A stretch of 64,000 nucleotides of DNA from Salinivirgaceae bacterium (GTDB lineage Bacteria; Bacteroidota; Bacteroidia; Bacteroidales; SZUA-534): positions 3,592 to 67,591 of the forward strand of contig JAFZKK010000150.1 in the NCBI GenBank assembly GCA_017551905.1. Reading direction: 5' to 3'. Position 1 is the first letter of the stretch, and every line of letters starts with the position of its first letter. The translations under genes and the position numbers were made by a program. Shown piece by piece: positions 1 to 9,480 of the stretch. Under the pieces are notes generated by a model. It searched no databases. It was not told the origin of the DNA and saw only the letters and a program-made list of their open reading frames with translations.

Positions 1-31
1 TTCCGATTTGTGGAAAATACTCTTTTGCCAT
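1..31 (-). CDS. xylA: xylose isomerase, first 10 codons only (gene runs off the left edge)
   Basis: The reverse strand has ATG at 31..29 followed by MAKEYFPQIG, which resembles the MATKE(F/Y)FP.I start of Bacteroidales XylA as I recall it. It lies 46 nt downstream of xylB, as in xylB-xylA operons. Only 10 residues are visible. Confidence 0.4.
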   Translation of the reverse strand, partial: MAKEYFPQIG

Positions 32-77
32 TTTTTTAAATTTTAGTAGTTATTAAACAATAATTTAACTCTCATAT

Positions 78-1568
78 CTATTTGCTCATCGATTTCTCGA
101 GGCGATATTTCCATTTTGCGTAAGCGTCGGCATACTCTTGACGGGCCGATTTATTTGGCTCGATAACAGCAAGTTTCTCAAGTGTTGCGAATGCCTCGTT
201 GTTGTTCTTGTAGATGCCTGCACCCATTCCTGCGCCTTTGGCTGCGCCAACCGAACCGTCGGTGTCGTAAAGCTCGATGGTTGCTCCGGTTACGCCAGCC
301 AGCGTGTCGCGGAAAATCGGGCTCAGGAACATATTGGCGTGTCCGGCGTGAATCTTGTTCACCTTCATACCCATCGACTCCATAATGTCGATACCGTATT
401 TGAACGAGAAGACGATGCCCTCTTGTGCGGCGCGGACAATGTGGTGTTTCGAGTGAACGTTGAAGTTCAAGCCGCGGATTGAGCAGTTGATTTCGCGGTT
501 GCCCAACATACGCTCGGCGCCGTTGCCGAAAGGCAGAACGCTCAAGCCGGCGCTGCCGATTGGGGCTTTGGCGGCCAGGTCGTTCATCTCGTTGTAAGAG
601 ATTCCGTCGGGGGCAATGTTGCGTTTAACCCACGAGTTGAGGATTCCGGTGCCGTTCACGCAGAGCAGAACGCCAATGCGTGTTTGGTCGGCAGTGTGGT
701 TGACGTGCGCAAACGAGTTGACGCGCGATTGCGGGTCGTAGTTGGCCTCGCCGTTCACACCGTAAACAACGCCCGAAGTGCCGGCTGTTGCGGCAATCTC
801 GCCAGGGTTCAAAACGTTGAGCGACAATGCGTTGTTCGGTTGGTCGCCACCACGGTAGGTTACCGGTGTGCCTTCTTTCAAGCCCAGTTCGCCGGCGGCT
901 TTGGCGCTCAAATGGCCTTGGTCGCTGAATGTCGGCTTGATTTCGGGAATGAACGAGTGGTCGATTCCGTAGTAATCCAACAGGAATGTGGCCAACTTGT
1001 TCTCTTTGAAATCCCACATCATACCTTCGGAAAGGCCTGATACTGTGGTGCTTATTTCGTCGGTCATCTTCATAGCGATATAATCGCCCGGAAGCATAAT
1101 CTTGTAAATCTTCTCATAGAGTGCGGGCTCGTTTTCCTTCACCCAAGCCAGTTTCGAGGCGGTGAAGTTGCCCGGCGAGTTGAGCAGGTGGCTCAAGCAC
1201 TTTTCGGCGCCGAGAGTCTTGAAGGCTTTTTCGCCGTAAGGCACTGCGCGCGAGTCACACCATATAATAGAGGGGCGCAGCACGTTTTTGTGCTTATCGA
1301 CGCAAACCAGTCCGTGCATCTGATACGAAATACCAATCGCCTTAACCTCTGCCGGATTGGCGCCGCTCTCTTTCATTATTGTCTGAACCGAGAGTTTCAG
1401 GTTCTCCCACCAGCTTTCGGGGTCTTGCTCGGCCCAGCCGGGGTTGACAGCTATAATTTTTGCTTCGGTTTTGGGGAAGAAGGTGGTTGCAACGCATTTG
1501 CCGGTCTCAACATTGACCAGGCTTGCCTTCACCGACGAACTTCCAACATCTACTCCTAACGTGTACAT
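78..1568 (-). CDS. xylB: xylulokinase (FGGY carbohydrate kinase family)
   Basis: A 496-aa ORF with the N-terminal GVDVGSSSVKA ATPase motif and a C-terminal FGNGAERM motif. Length and adjacency to xylA fit xylulokinase. Confidence 0.85.
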   Translation of the reverse strand: MYTLGVDVGSSSVKASLVNVETGKCVATTFFPKTEAKIIAVNPGWAEQDPESWWENLKLSVQTIMKESGANPAEVKAIGISYQMHGLVCVDKHKNVLRPSIIWCDSRAVPYGEKAFKTLGAEKCLSHLLNSPGNFTASKLAWVKENEPALYEKIYKIMLPGDYIAMKMTDEISTTVSGLSEGMMWDFKENKLATFLLDYYGIDHSFIPEIKPTFSDQGHLSAKAAGELGLKEGTPVTYRGGDQPNNALSLNVLNPGEIAATAGTSGVVYGVNGEANYDPQSRVNSFAHVNHTADQTRIGVLLCVNGTGILNSWVKRNIAPDGISYNEMNDLAAKAPIGSAGLSVLPFGNGAERMLGNREINCSIRGLNFNVHSKHHIVRAAQEGIVFSFKYGIDIMESMGMKVNKIHAGHANMFLSPIFRDTLAGVTGATIELYDTDGSVGAAKGAGMGAGIYKNNNEAFATLEKLAVIEPNKSARQEYADAYAKWKYRLEKSMSK

Positions 1569-1654
1569 ATTTTAAGTTTTTTAAATATTTCAAAGTCCTA
1601 TCAGGCTAACAATTAGAGTGTTCGCACCTTTAGCCCAAAACACAACTTTTGCGC

Positions 1655-1662
1655 CAAATTTA
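1655..1662 (-). promoter_or_regulatory. candidate Bacteroides-type -7 promoter box (TAaaTTTG) upstream of xylB
   Basis: The reverse strand reads TAAATTTG about 87 nt upstream of the xylB ATG, matching the TAnnTTTG consensus of the Bacteroides primary sigma factor. Confidence 0.3.
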
Positions 1663-1758
1663 AGAATAAAGTTGTACGTTCTACTTTCGCGAATGAAAAT
1701 TTTAGTTGGGCGAAAGGAATGACGCGGCGCAAGGTCGATACGGATAATTAGTTACGGT

Positions 1759-2184
1759 TTACTCATCGTATCCGTCACGGAATTTCCCTCCCTTTTCCGG
1801 CTCGTAGTTGTTGGTGTCCTCATCGTCGCTGTAGCTGACGTGGATAGCAATCCAGTCGTCGTTGAGGGGCACTTTGGCCACGCCCGACAGCTCGTACTCT
1901 TCAAGCAAGGCGAAAACGGTCTTGTCGTTAAGGTCGGAGCCGGTTTTTGGGTAGCACAGCCACAGATGACCGTCGGTTTCGACAGCGTTCATGGCCTCGT
2001 TCAGAAGTTCTTCGGCCTCCTCGCGGTTCTTGGCAAAAATCTGAACGTGATTGTAATAATCTTCCACCTCAACGTGCGCTTCAATGCCGTTGTCTTTGAG
2101 TAGTTGCAGAAAATCTTTGGGGGAATTAAGAATCAGAACTGTCTTACCGCTGGTAAGACTTAGTTTCTTCAAAATGGGGTTCAT
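1759..2184 (-). CDS. hypothetical protein with acidic C-terminal tail (possibly DUF3052-like)
   Basis: A 141-aa ORF in a clean intergenic context. The LWLCYPK motif is reminiscent of DUF3052-type proteins. No function can be inferred from the sequence. Confidence 0.5.
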   Translation of the reverse strand: MNPILKKLSLTSGKTVLILNSPKDFLQLLKDNGIEAHVEVEDYYNHVQIFAKNREEAEELLNEAMNAVETDGHLWLCYPKTGSDLNDKTVFALLEEYELSGVAKVPLNDDWIAIHVSYSDDEDTNNYEPEKGGKFRDGYDE

Positions 2185-2289
2185 TTATTCCAATCGATAA
2201 ATAAGAATTAGTTGCACCAAAGTAAATGAAAGTTTTTTTCGTAATGCAACACATTGTGTGTTTTTTTTATGAATATGCGCAATTGTTTG

Positions 2290-4437
2290 TTATTCAGATA
2301 ATCCGACAATGTCTAACTCATCAATCAGATGGCGGGCGCCGGCGTATTTGTCGATGAAGAAGAGGACAAAACGGATGTCGAGCCCGATGTTGCGGCAGAT
2401 GTCGGCATCGAATTGCAGGTCGCTCATTGTGCCTTCCCAAACGCGGTCGAAGTTGAGGCCGATAAGGTTCCCGTCGGCGTCAAACATGGGGCTGCCGGAG
2501 TTGCCGCCGGTGGTGTGGCAGGTGCTGAGGAAACAAACGGGCATTGTGCCGTCAGGGTTGCAGTAAGGTCCGAAGTCGCTGTCGGCGTAAAGTTGCTTGA
2601 GCCGGTCGGGCACGGTGTAGTCATAAACATCGAGGTCGCATTTCTCCATAATGCCGCCGAGTGTGGTGAACGGTGTGTATCTCACGGCGTCTGACGGGCG
2701 GTATCCGCCAATCTGTCCGTAGGCGATGCGGAAGGTTGAGTTGGCGTCGGGGAAGATGCGGCTGTCGGCGAAGCATTGGCGCTGAAGCTGCATGAACAGA
2801 CGTTGGTGGTCGTCGATTTTGTGCTCAATTTGGCCAAGCGGATTGCCGATAGTTGTTTTGTAGATTTCGACTGTCTCGCTGGCTAACATGTAGAGCGGGT
2901 CTTTCATCAGTTTTTTTGTGTCGGGCGCAAGACTTTTTCGGAAGAAGGCGACGGCCGCAGCGCTGTCGGTCAGGAACGATTTGCTGATGAGAACATCGGC
3001 GGCTGTGGCGCGGTTCAACTTTTTCAGCGTTGGAGGAATGTGCTCCGGCAGGGCATTGTCAAGATATTCGCCAATCAGCATCGACGTTACGGCGCGGTCG
3101 GTGGCAAGGTCGTAATCTGCGAAGAAATCGTTCAGATAATCAATAATTTGTGACTGTTTTGCGCTGTCGGAGATGTTGCGGTTAAGTATCGTCTTTATTC
3201 TCCGCCCGACGGTCAGCATTTCCGATTTGTAAAGCGTCTCGCTCATTAGTAGCCGTGCTTTTTCCAGTTTCGCATATTCGATGTAGTCGGCCTCGTAATA
3301 GTCTAACAGGTTGTCGTACTGTGCTTTGCGTTCATCGGTTTCGGCAATCCATTGGCTCATCTGTTGCTCGCGTCCGCGTTTCTTCTCAACCACGCGCTTG
3401 CTTATCAGTCCGGTGCGTTCGCCTTGATATTTTTTCCAAGCGTTGGCGAGGCTTGCAACTTTGCTGGTGTATTTAATCATCACCGATTGGTCGGCGCGCA
3501 TGTGTTCTTTGATAATGTCGATTGATTTGCCGCGGATGCTGACCACAAGCGGGTCGAAGACATCCTGACGGGCGGCTACGGCAAACGACGGCAGATACTC
3601 GTTGGTGGTTCCGGGATAGCCCATCAGCATCACAAAATCGCCTTCTGTCTTTTGCTTTGCGTTTATTTTCAGATAGTTGCTGGCGCGATAGGGGACATTC
3701 TTTTCGGAATAGGCCGATGGTCGGTTAAGGCTGTCGGCGTAGATGCGGAAGAGCGTGAAATCGCCAGTGTGGCGCGGCCATGCCCAGTTGTCGGTGTCGC
3801 CGCCGAATTTTCCAACCTCGATGGGCGGTGTGCCAACTAATCTGACATCTTCAAAAATCTCATATACAGACAGATAATACTCATTGTCGCAATAAAAAGC
3901 GTCAACATGAGCTTTGAGTCCGGTGCTGTCCGACACTTTTTTCTCAAGCTGCGATATATTGCTATTTATCAAATCGTTGCGCCGCTTTACCGACAGTGTG
4001 TCGCTTACGCCTTGCAAAATGGTTTCGGTAACATCTTCCATTCGGCGCAAAAAGCAGACGCCAATGTCGTTTCCGCCCAGCTCATCGGCCTGACTCATAG
4101 CCCAAAAGCCGTTGGTGATGTAGTCGTTTTGGAGCGAGCTGTGTTGTTGCACAACGCTGAGCCCGCAATGGTGGTTGGTGATGACAAGCCCCTGCGCCGA
4201 AATGACTGAACCTGAGCAGAAATGGCTGAACGGGCTGTCTAAATCGACAAAACCGACCACCGCATCTTTCAGACACGCCTGGTTGATGTTGTAAATGTCG
4301 TCGGCGGTGAGGTGCAGCCCCATTTCGCGCATCTCGCCAATGTTGTTCTCGAGCAGAAAAGGCAGCCACATTCCTTCGTTGCAGTGCCCCGCAAGCGACA
4401 AAACCGCCGCTAAAACCGTTATTGTCAGACGTTTCAT
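2290..4437 (-). CDS. S46 family serine dipeptidyl-peptidase (DPP7/DPP11-like), secreted
   Basis: Shows a signal peptide from MKRLTITVLAAVL, then GMWLP, the catalytic His context TNHHCG and the Ser context TTGGNSGSPMF. Start is placed at the internal ATG 4437 (Met14 of the 728-aa track ORF). Confidence 0.9.
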   Translation of the reverse strand: MKRLTITVLAAVLSLAGHCNEGMWLPFLLENNIGEMREMGLHLTADDIYNINQACLKDAVVGFVDLDSPFSHFCSGSVISAQGLVITNHHCGLSVVQQHSSLQNDYITNGFWAMSQADELGGNDIGVCFLRRMEDVTETILQGVSDTLSVKRRNDLINSNISQLEKKVSDSTGLKAHVDAFYCDNEYYLSVYEIFEDVRLVGTPPIEVGKFGGDTDNWAWPRHTGDFTLFRIYADSLNRPSAYSEKNVPYRASNYLKINAKQKTEGDFVMLMGYPGTTNEYLPSFAVAARQDVFDPLVVSIRGKSIDIIKEHMRADQSVMIKYTSKVASLANAWKKYQGERTGLISKRVVEKKRGREQQMSQWIAETDERKAQYDNLLDYYEADYIEYAKLEKARLLMSETLYKSEMLTVGRRIKTILNRNISDSAKQSQIIDYLNDFFADYDLATDRAVTSMLIGEYLDNALPEHIPPTLKKLNRATAADVLISKSFLTDSAAAVAFFRKSLAPDTKKLMKDPLYMLASETVEIYKTTIGNPLGQIEHKIDDHQRLFMQLQRQCFADSRIFPDANSTFRIAYGQIGGYRPSDAVRYTPFTTLGGIMEKCDLDVYDYTVPDRLKQLYADSDFGPYCNPDGTMPVCFLSTCHTTGGNSGSPMFDADGNLIGLNFDRVWEGTMSDLQFDADICRNIGLDIRFVLFFIDKYAGARHLIDELDIVGLSE

Positions 4438-4558
4438 AAAAAATGTTTTGGTGCGGCAAAATAGTAAAACTACCATTGTTGTCAGCTAAAATTTTTTTGA
4501 ATGCGATGCCGTGCAACATTATAAGTGTATCTTCGTTATCTAAAAAACGATTTTTTTT

Positions 4559-6118
4559 ATGCAGAAAGAGACCAGCATTCTTTGGGTTGACGATGAGATT
4601 GACCTACTCAAACCACATATAATCTTTTTGGAATCAAAGGGTTACAAAGTTGATACCATAAACAACGGCATCGACGCTGTTGAAATGGTTTCGCACAATC
4701 AGTACGACATGGTTTTCCTCGACGAGAATATGCCCGGACTGAATGGTTTGGAGACGCTGGCTCAAATAAAAAAGATTCGCAACTCGCTGCCAATCATTAT
4801 GATAACCAAGAGCGAGGAGGAATTCATAATGGATGAGGCCATTGGGTCGCAGATTGCCGATTATTTGATTAAGCCGGTGAATCCTATGCAGATTCTGATG
4901 ACAATCAAGAAGATAACCGACCAACGCAGGCTCGTCAGCCAAAAAACATCGATGAGCTACCAGTCGCAGTTCAACGAGTTGGGCGTCGAGATAAACAACG
5001 CCGACACTGCCGACGATTGGAAGAATATTCATAAGAAACTGGCATTCTGGACGTTGGAGTTGCAGAAAAACGGTATCAGCAGTATGGAGCAAATTCTGCA
5101 AATGCAGAAAAGCGAAGCTGACAAGCGGTTTGTGCGCTACATTGTCACTAACTATGAGTCGTGGTTTGCCAATCGTGCCAGCGAAGCGCCGATTCTGTCG
5201 CCTAATGCCTTCAAGCACAAGGTTTTCCCGTTGTTGAACCGCGGCGAGCAAGTGGTTGTGGTGGTTATCGACAACCTGCGCTTCGACCAGTGGAAATGTA
5301 TTGAGCCGATGATTGCCAGCTACTATAATGTTGATGATGAGGATATTCTGTTCAGCATTCTGCCCACGGCCACACAGTTTGCGCGCAATGCCATGTTTGC
5401 CGGACTGATGCCGTCGGAAATCGAGAAACTGCATCCCAACCTCTGGGTTAACGAAGACGAGGACGGCGCAAAAAACAATTTTGAGCGCGAACTACTTCAG
5501 AAACAGATGGATAGGATGGGAGTGAAGGCCAGTCTGTTCTACGATAAAATCCATAACGCCGAAAAGAGTCAGAAGCTGTCGAACGACTTGAACGAGATTA
5601 TGCACAATCAACTTTCTGTGCTGATAATCAACTTTGTGGATATGCTTTCGCACGCACGCACCGAGTTGCAGATGATTCGCGAGTTGGCCGCCGACGAGAA
5701 ATCGTATCGCAGCATCACCAAATCGTGGTTTGAGCACAGCACGCTCTTCGAACTGATGAAAACCTTGGCTAACAAGAATATAAAGATTATCCTGACCACC
5801 GACCACGGCACCATTCGAGTCACCAATCCAATAAAGGTTATTGGTGATAAAAATGTGTCGTCGAACCTGCGCTACAAACAGGGCCGCAACCTTGACTACA
5901 ACCCCAAGGAGGTTTACGAAATCCGCAATCCGCAGACCATTCACCTGCCGCGCATAAATGTCAGTACGTCATACATTTTTGCCACCAACAGCGACTTTTT
6001 CGCATACCCGAACAACTATAATTATTACGTGCAGTACTACCGCAACACCTTCCAACACGGCGGTATCAGCATGGACGAGATGATGGTTCCGCTCATCACA
6101 CTTTCGCCGAAGAGGTGA
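4559..6118 (+). CDS. porX: response regulator with receiver plus PglZ (alkaline-phosphatase superfamily) domain, PorX-like T9SS regulator
   Basis: The N-terminal CheY-like receiver reads ILWVDDEIDLLKPHIIFLE ... VFLDENMPGLNG. It is followed by a PglZ-type domain (VVVVIDNLRFDQW ... TTDHG). The 519-aa length matches PorX of Porphyromonas (about 518 aa). Confidence 0.8.
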   Translation: MQKETSILWVDDEIDLLKPHIIFLESKGYKVDTINNGIDAVEMVSHNQYDMVFLDENMPGLNGLETLAQIKKIRNSLPIIMITKSEEEFIMDEAIGSQIADYLIKPVNPMQILMTIKKITDQRRLVSQKTSMSYQSQFNELGVEINNADTADDWKNIHKKLAFWTLELQKNGISSMEQILQMQKSEADKRFVRYIVTNYESWFANRASEAPILSPNAFKHKVFPLLNRGEQVVVVVIDNLRFDQWKCIEPMIASYYNVDDEDILFSILPTATQFARNAMFAGLMPSEIEKLHPNLWVNEDEDGAKNNFERELLQKQMDRMGVKASLFYDKIHNAEKSQKLSNDLNEIMHNQLSVLIINFVDMLSHARTELQMIRELAADEKSYRSITKSWFEHSTLFELMKTLANKNIKIILTTDHGTIRVTNPIKVIGDKNVSSNLRYKQGRNLDYNPKEVYEIRNPQTIHLPRINVSTSYIFATNSDFFAYPNNYNYYVQYYRNTFQHGGISMDEMMVPLITLSPKR

Positions 6119-6174
6119 GGGGATAATTCTTTCCGTGTTTTTCGTGATTTCCGTGGTTGAAAATCAAAAACACC

Positions 6175-6690
6175 TTACTCATTCAGATTCAGCAACCCCT
6201 CGGGCACTGATACCTTGACAAGTTTTTTGCGGAAATCGATTTTTGTAACAAAATCGGGGTGGAAGGGGATGAGTAGTTCGTTGTCGCCAACCACCATCAG
6301 CGGGTTGATGTTGAGGTTGTCGATACTGCGGATTGTGCCTAACTGGCCTTTGCGGCTGTCGGTGACGGTGAATCCGATAAGCGCCGATGGCGACGAGAAA
6401 CCTTCGTCTTCGTTGTCGAGCAAATCGGGATTGACAAGGAATTTGCAGCCAACCAGTGTTTTGGCGCGTTGTTCGGTGTGAGTGCAGTCGAACTGAACAC
6501 GGGCGCGCTGGGCGCTCACGGCTTTGGCCTGTTCAATAAAAAAAGGAACCCGCAGCCCTTCTATTTCAAGAGCTACGGGTTCGGTTGTGTCTTCAAGTAT
6601 TGCGGGATTGTCGAGTTCGACAATTATTTCGCCATTCACACCATGTGTTTTGACAATTTTGCCTACCTCAACAAAATCCTGCACGTCCAT
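6175..6690 (-). CDS. rimM: 16S rRNA processing protein RimM
   Basis: Reads MDVQDFVEVGKIVKTHGVNGEI (the KxHGxxGE motif) with a C-terminal PRC-barrel-like region, directly downstream of rpsP. The upstream part of the 219-aa track ORF is a frame shadow of the S16 tail, so the start is set at ATG 6690. Confidence 0.85.
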   Translation of the reverse strand: MDVQDFVEVGKIVKTHGVNGEIIVELDNPAILEDTTEPVALEIEGLRVPFFIEQAKAVSAQRARVQFDCTHTEQRAKTLVGCKFLVNPDLLDNEDEGFSSPSALIGFTVTDSRKGQLGTIRSIDNLNINPLMVVGDNELLIPFHPDFVTKIDFRKKLVKVSVPEGLLNLNE

Positions 6691-6700
6691 ACTTGGCAGA

Positions 6701-7273
6701 TTACTCAGCTGCAGGAGCCTCTGTTGCTTCGGCTGCTGCCTCTTCTGCAGGTGCTTCTGCCTCAGCTGCTGCGGCTTCAGCCTCTTTAGCTGCGGCCTCG
6801 GCTGCTGCTTTTGCCTCAGCTTGCTTCTTGGCAAGTTCCTCGGCTTTGGCGGCGTTCACCTTGCGCTCTGCCTCAAGACGGTTTTTCTTGGCTGTGTTTG
6901 CGTCAGCCTTGATTTTGTCTTTTGTGGCTTGAAGTTTCGACTTCTTGTCGGCTACCCATTTTTCGAATTTAGCCTCAGCGGCTGCTTCGTCAAATGCGCC
7001 TTTCTTAACGCCCTCGAGCAAGTGTTTCTTCAACAGAACACCTTGTTTCGAAAGCAACGATTTTGCGGTGTCAGATGGCTGAGCACCAGTTTGTAACCAA
7101 TAAAGAGCCCGTTCGAAGTTAAGTTCAATAGTAGCAGGATTTGTGTTAGGATTGTAACTACCCAATCTCTCAATGAACTTACCATCACGTGGTGCCCTGC
7201 TATCGGCAACGACAATGTGATAGTAGGCTGATGCCTTTCTACCATGTCGTGACAAGCGAATTCTTACAGACAT
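6701..7273 (-). CDS. rpsP: 30S ribosomal protein S16 with long Ala/Glu/Lys-rich C-terminal extension
   Basis: The core [42 protein letters not shown] is the canonical S16 sequence. About 100 extra C-terminal residues are rich in A/E/K. Confidence 0.92.
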   Translation of the reverse strand: MSVRIRLSRHGRKASAYYHIVVADSRAPRDGKFIERLGSYNPNTNPATIELNFERALYWLQTGAQPSDTAKSLLSKQGVLLKKHLLEGVKKGAFDEAAAEAKFEKWVADKKSKLQATKDKIKADANTAKKNRLEAERKVNAAKAEELAKKQAEAKAAAEAAAKEAEAAAAEAEAPAEEAAAEATEAPAAE

Positions 7274-7307
7274 AATTTATTGTTGTTAAATGTTTAAAAA
7301 TCGGCCG

Positions 7308-7315
7308 CAAAGATA
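7308..7315 (-). promoter_or_regulatory. candidate -7 promoter box (TAtcTTTG) for rpsP-rimM
   Basis: The reverse strand reads TATCTTTG 34 nt upstream of the rpsP ATG, matching TAnnTTTG. Confidence 0.45.
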
Positions 7316-7398
7316 GTCTTTTTTCGAATTTTCCGACAAGGGACGGTAACTATTTTTTCGATTCGGCAAAATCAGTGTCCCGTGTAAAAATGAAAATG

Positions 7399-7406
7399 TA
7401 AATTTG
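7399..7406 (+). promoter_or_regulatory. candidate -7 promoter box (TAaaTTTG) for the methyltransferase gene
   Basis: TAAATTTG lies 18 nt upstream of ATG 7425. This argues against the TTG start at 7404 used by the ORF track. Confidence 0.4.
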
Positions 7407-7424
7407 CCTACAAAAGATATATGT

Positions 7425-7913
7425 ATGAAAACACTTAAAGAGATTTTCGGATACATGCTGGGCGGCGTGTTGTTTGTGGGTTTGATACCATTTATTATGT
7501 GGCTTGTCTCAGGCAAGCCGGCTTTGTTTCCGACTGATACAGTGTTGTTTACGGTTGGCGCTGTGCTTGCCGTCGCAGGGTTGCTCATCAGCGTATGGTC
7601 GATTGTCTATATGCGTTGGAAGGGCAACGGAAACCCAATGGACGCCTTTGGACATGAGGTAGCGCCGCGCACCAGCCATTTGATGACCGATGGCCCATAT
7701 CGTCTGAGCCGCAATCCGATGCTGACAGGCACATTTGTCTATCTGACAGGTATTTGCGTTTGGTTTTGGAAATGGCAGCCGGTGGTGGTTTTTGTCGTTT
7801 TCATTGTGATAATGCTTATTCAGGTTCGGACCGAAGAAAAGCGTCTGCGAAACGATTTCGGCGAGGAATATGAGGCATACTGCCGCCGCACGGGGCGTTT
7901 CTTGCCGTTTTAG
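7425..7913 (+). CDS. isoprenylcysteine carboxyl / phospholipid methyltransferase family membrane protein
   Basis: A multi-TM protein with the RNPMLTG motif and the C-terminal RTEEKRLRNDFGEEYEAYCRRT motif typical of the ICMT/PEMT family. Confidence 0.75.
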   Translation: MKTLKEIFGYMLGGVLFVGLIPFIMWLVSGKPALFPTDTVLFTVGAVLAVAGLLISVWSIVYMRWKGNGNPMDAFGHEVAPRTSHLMTDGPYRLSRNPMLTGTFVYLTGICVWFWKWQPVVVFVVFIVIMLIQVRTEEKRLRNDFGEEYEAYCRRTGRFLPF

Positions 7914-7945
7914 CTAACAATTTGAATATGAGAGTCGATTTCAAG

Positions 7946-9271
7946 ATGAAAGGAAGAAAAACAGTATCGGTGTTAGTTGCGCTGTTTGTTGTCGCGATAG
8001 CTCAGGCGCAGATTCCGGCAGGCTATTACGCTCCGGCCGAAGGCAAAACGGGCAATGAACTGAAATCGGCTTTATACAATATTATTAAAGGTCACGTTGA
8101 GTATCCCTATACATCGAAAGGGACCGATGTGTGGGACATTCTGAAGGAGACCGACCGCGACCCCAACAATCCTGCCAATGTCATTTTGCTTTACACCGGT
8201 CTTAGCGTCGATGCGGCGCAGGAGTATAACGACGGCAAAGGCTGGACGCGCGAGCATGTCTGGGCCAAAATCCACGGCAATTTCGGCACCGAGCCCGGCG
8301 CGGGAACCGATGTGCATCATTTGCGCCCTTGTGCCGACGAGGTCAACACCGAGCGCAGTAGCCGTTGGTTTGCCGAGTGCTCGACGCCGGTGTATTACAA
8401 TGGTAAGGCGACGGGCTGTTACAAAAGCAACACCGAATGGGTGTGGAAGCCGCGCGCCGAGGTGATTGGCGATGTGGCGCGGATGATTTTCTATATGGCC
8501 ACGCGCTACGAGGGCGAGAACGGTGAACCCGACCTTGAGATTGTTGATTATCTGCCAAGTAGCAACAATACAACGGAACCCGTTTTTGCCAAACTGTCCG
8601 ATTTGATAGCCTGGCACTTGGCCGACCCTGTCGATGAGTTTGAAATAAACCGTAACAATGTGATTTATAGCTATCAAGGAAACCGAAATCCGTTTATCGA
8701 CCATCCCGAATATGTGACTATGATTTGGAGCAACGGCCCGGTAAGTGCGCCAATGTTTGTTTCGCGGCCGGTTACTGATGCGCGCGTGGGGCTGCCATAC
8801 CAATACGATGTATCGGCATATATTGCTGATAGCTCGAAACTTACCTTTAGTTTGAAGGAGTCGCCGGAGTGGTTGTCACTTGTCGATTACGCTGATGGCA
8901 CGGCTTTGCTGTCGGGCATTCCCGATGCCGACGCCTCGGGTAGCTACATTGTGACACTGACGGTAACATCGGCTGACGAACAGACTGTAACTCAGACGTT
9001 TTTTATCGATGTTGAGAACCTGGGTGGCAATTCGAATCCGACCGCTATTGGCGCCGAAGTCTGCGATAAATCGGTATCGGTTTACGGTGGCAGATTATTC
9101 ATTAATAATACCAACGGTTTGAGAATCAGCATCTACGATATAATCGGACAACAACGATTGCAGACTGTTTACACCGATGGAATAGATGTATCTGCCTTAA
9201 AACAAGGCGTTTATATCTTGATTGTTGAGGACGGAAATGTTTGTGTTCGGCAACGTTTTGTCGTGCAATAA
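7946..9271 (+). CDS. secreted endonuclease I family nuclease with Ig-like domain and T9SS type A C-terminal sorting domain
   Basis: Has a signal peptide (MKGRKTVSVLVALFVVAIAQAQ) and endonuclease I motifs (REHVWAK, DVHHLRP, NTERS, NRNPFIDHPE). A middle putative Ig-like repeat follows. The last ~80 aa end in GVYILIVEDGNVCVRQRFVVQ, a T9SS CTD pattern. ATG 7928 is an alternative start. Confidence 0.8.
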   Translation: MKGRKTVSVLVALFVVAIAQAQIPAGYYAPAEGKTGNELKSALYNIIKGHVEYPYTSKGTDVWDILKETDRDPNNPANVILLYTGLSVDAAQEYNDGKGWTREHVWAKIHGNFGTEPGAGTDVHHLRPCADEVNTERSSRWFAECSTPVYYNGKATGCYKSNTEWVWKPRAEVIGDVARMIFYMATRYEGENGEPDLEIVDYLPSSNNTTEPVFAKLSDLIAWHLADPVDEFEINRNNVIYSYQGNRNPFIDHPEYVTMIWSNGPVSAPMFVSRPVTDARVGLPYQYDVSAYIADSSKLTFSLKESPEWLSLVDYADGTALLSGIPDADASGSYIVTLTVTSADEQTVTQTFFIDVENLGGNSNPTAIGAEVCDKSVSVYGGRLFINNTNGLRISIYDIIGQQRLQTVYTDGIDVSALKQGVYILIVEDGNVCVRQRFVVQ

Positions 9272-9318
9272 AACCTCATTATTCACCGCAATTGCAACTC
9301 AGTTGCATCAAAAACCTC

Positions 9319-9326
9319 TACCTTTG
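9319..9326 (+). promoter_or_regulatory. candidate -7 promoter box (TAccTTTG) upstream of the TonB-dependent receptor
   Basis: TACCTTTG lies about 155 nt upstream of ATG 9481. A second match, TAAATTTG, is at 9356..9363. Either one implies a leader longer than 100 nt. Confidence 0.3.
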
Positions 9327-9480
9327 CACCCCGAATTAGAAAAATAGTGTCGAAATAAATTTGTGGTACTCAGTGCGTTGTGGTTTGTTTCGAAAAAAAT
9401 CTAAAAAAAATTAGTAGGAAAGTGCAACCTTTTTCGTTTTCATGCATCAATTAAGCGTGAAAAAAAATAAAACTAACAAA

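Noticed and set aside
4559-6118. PglZ domain as a possible marker of a BREX/Pgl phage-defence system
   Set aside because: The PglZ domain is fused to a CheY-like receiver in a 519-aa protein that matches PorX. No PglX methyltransferase, BrxC ATPase or other BREX genes are nearby.
6469-7096. Overlapping ORFs 6469..6789, 6524..7096 and 6693..6932, and the N-terminal 48 codons of the rimM track ORF
   Set aside because: All are alternative-frame readings of the GCN/GAR-rich DNA that encodes the S16 Ala/Glu/Lys tail. rimM has a proper ATG at 6690 followed by the conserved KxHGxxGE motif.
9020-9050. tRNA-like T-arm string (ggcaattcgaatccgacc)
   Set aside because: It lies inside the endonuclease coding region. 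No acceptor, D or anticodon arms can be folded around it. I found no tRNA or rRNA genes anywhere in the window.
9327-9480. Possible riboswitch in the long leader of the TonB-dependent receptor gene
   Set aside because: The leader is A/T-rich with little stable pairing. It lacks the conserved cores I know, such as the cobalamin B12 box, the TPP CUGAGA motif or SAM elements. It is noted only as a long 5' region.
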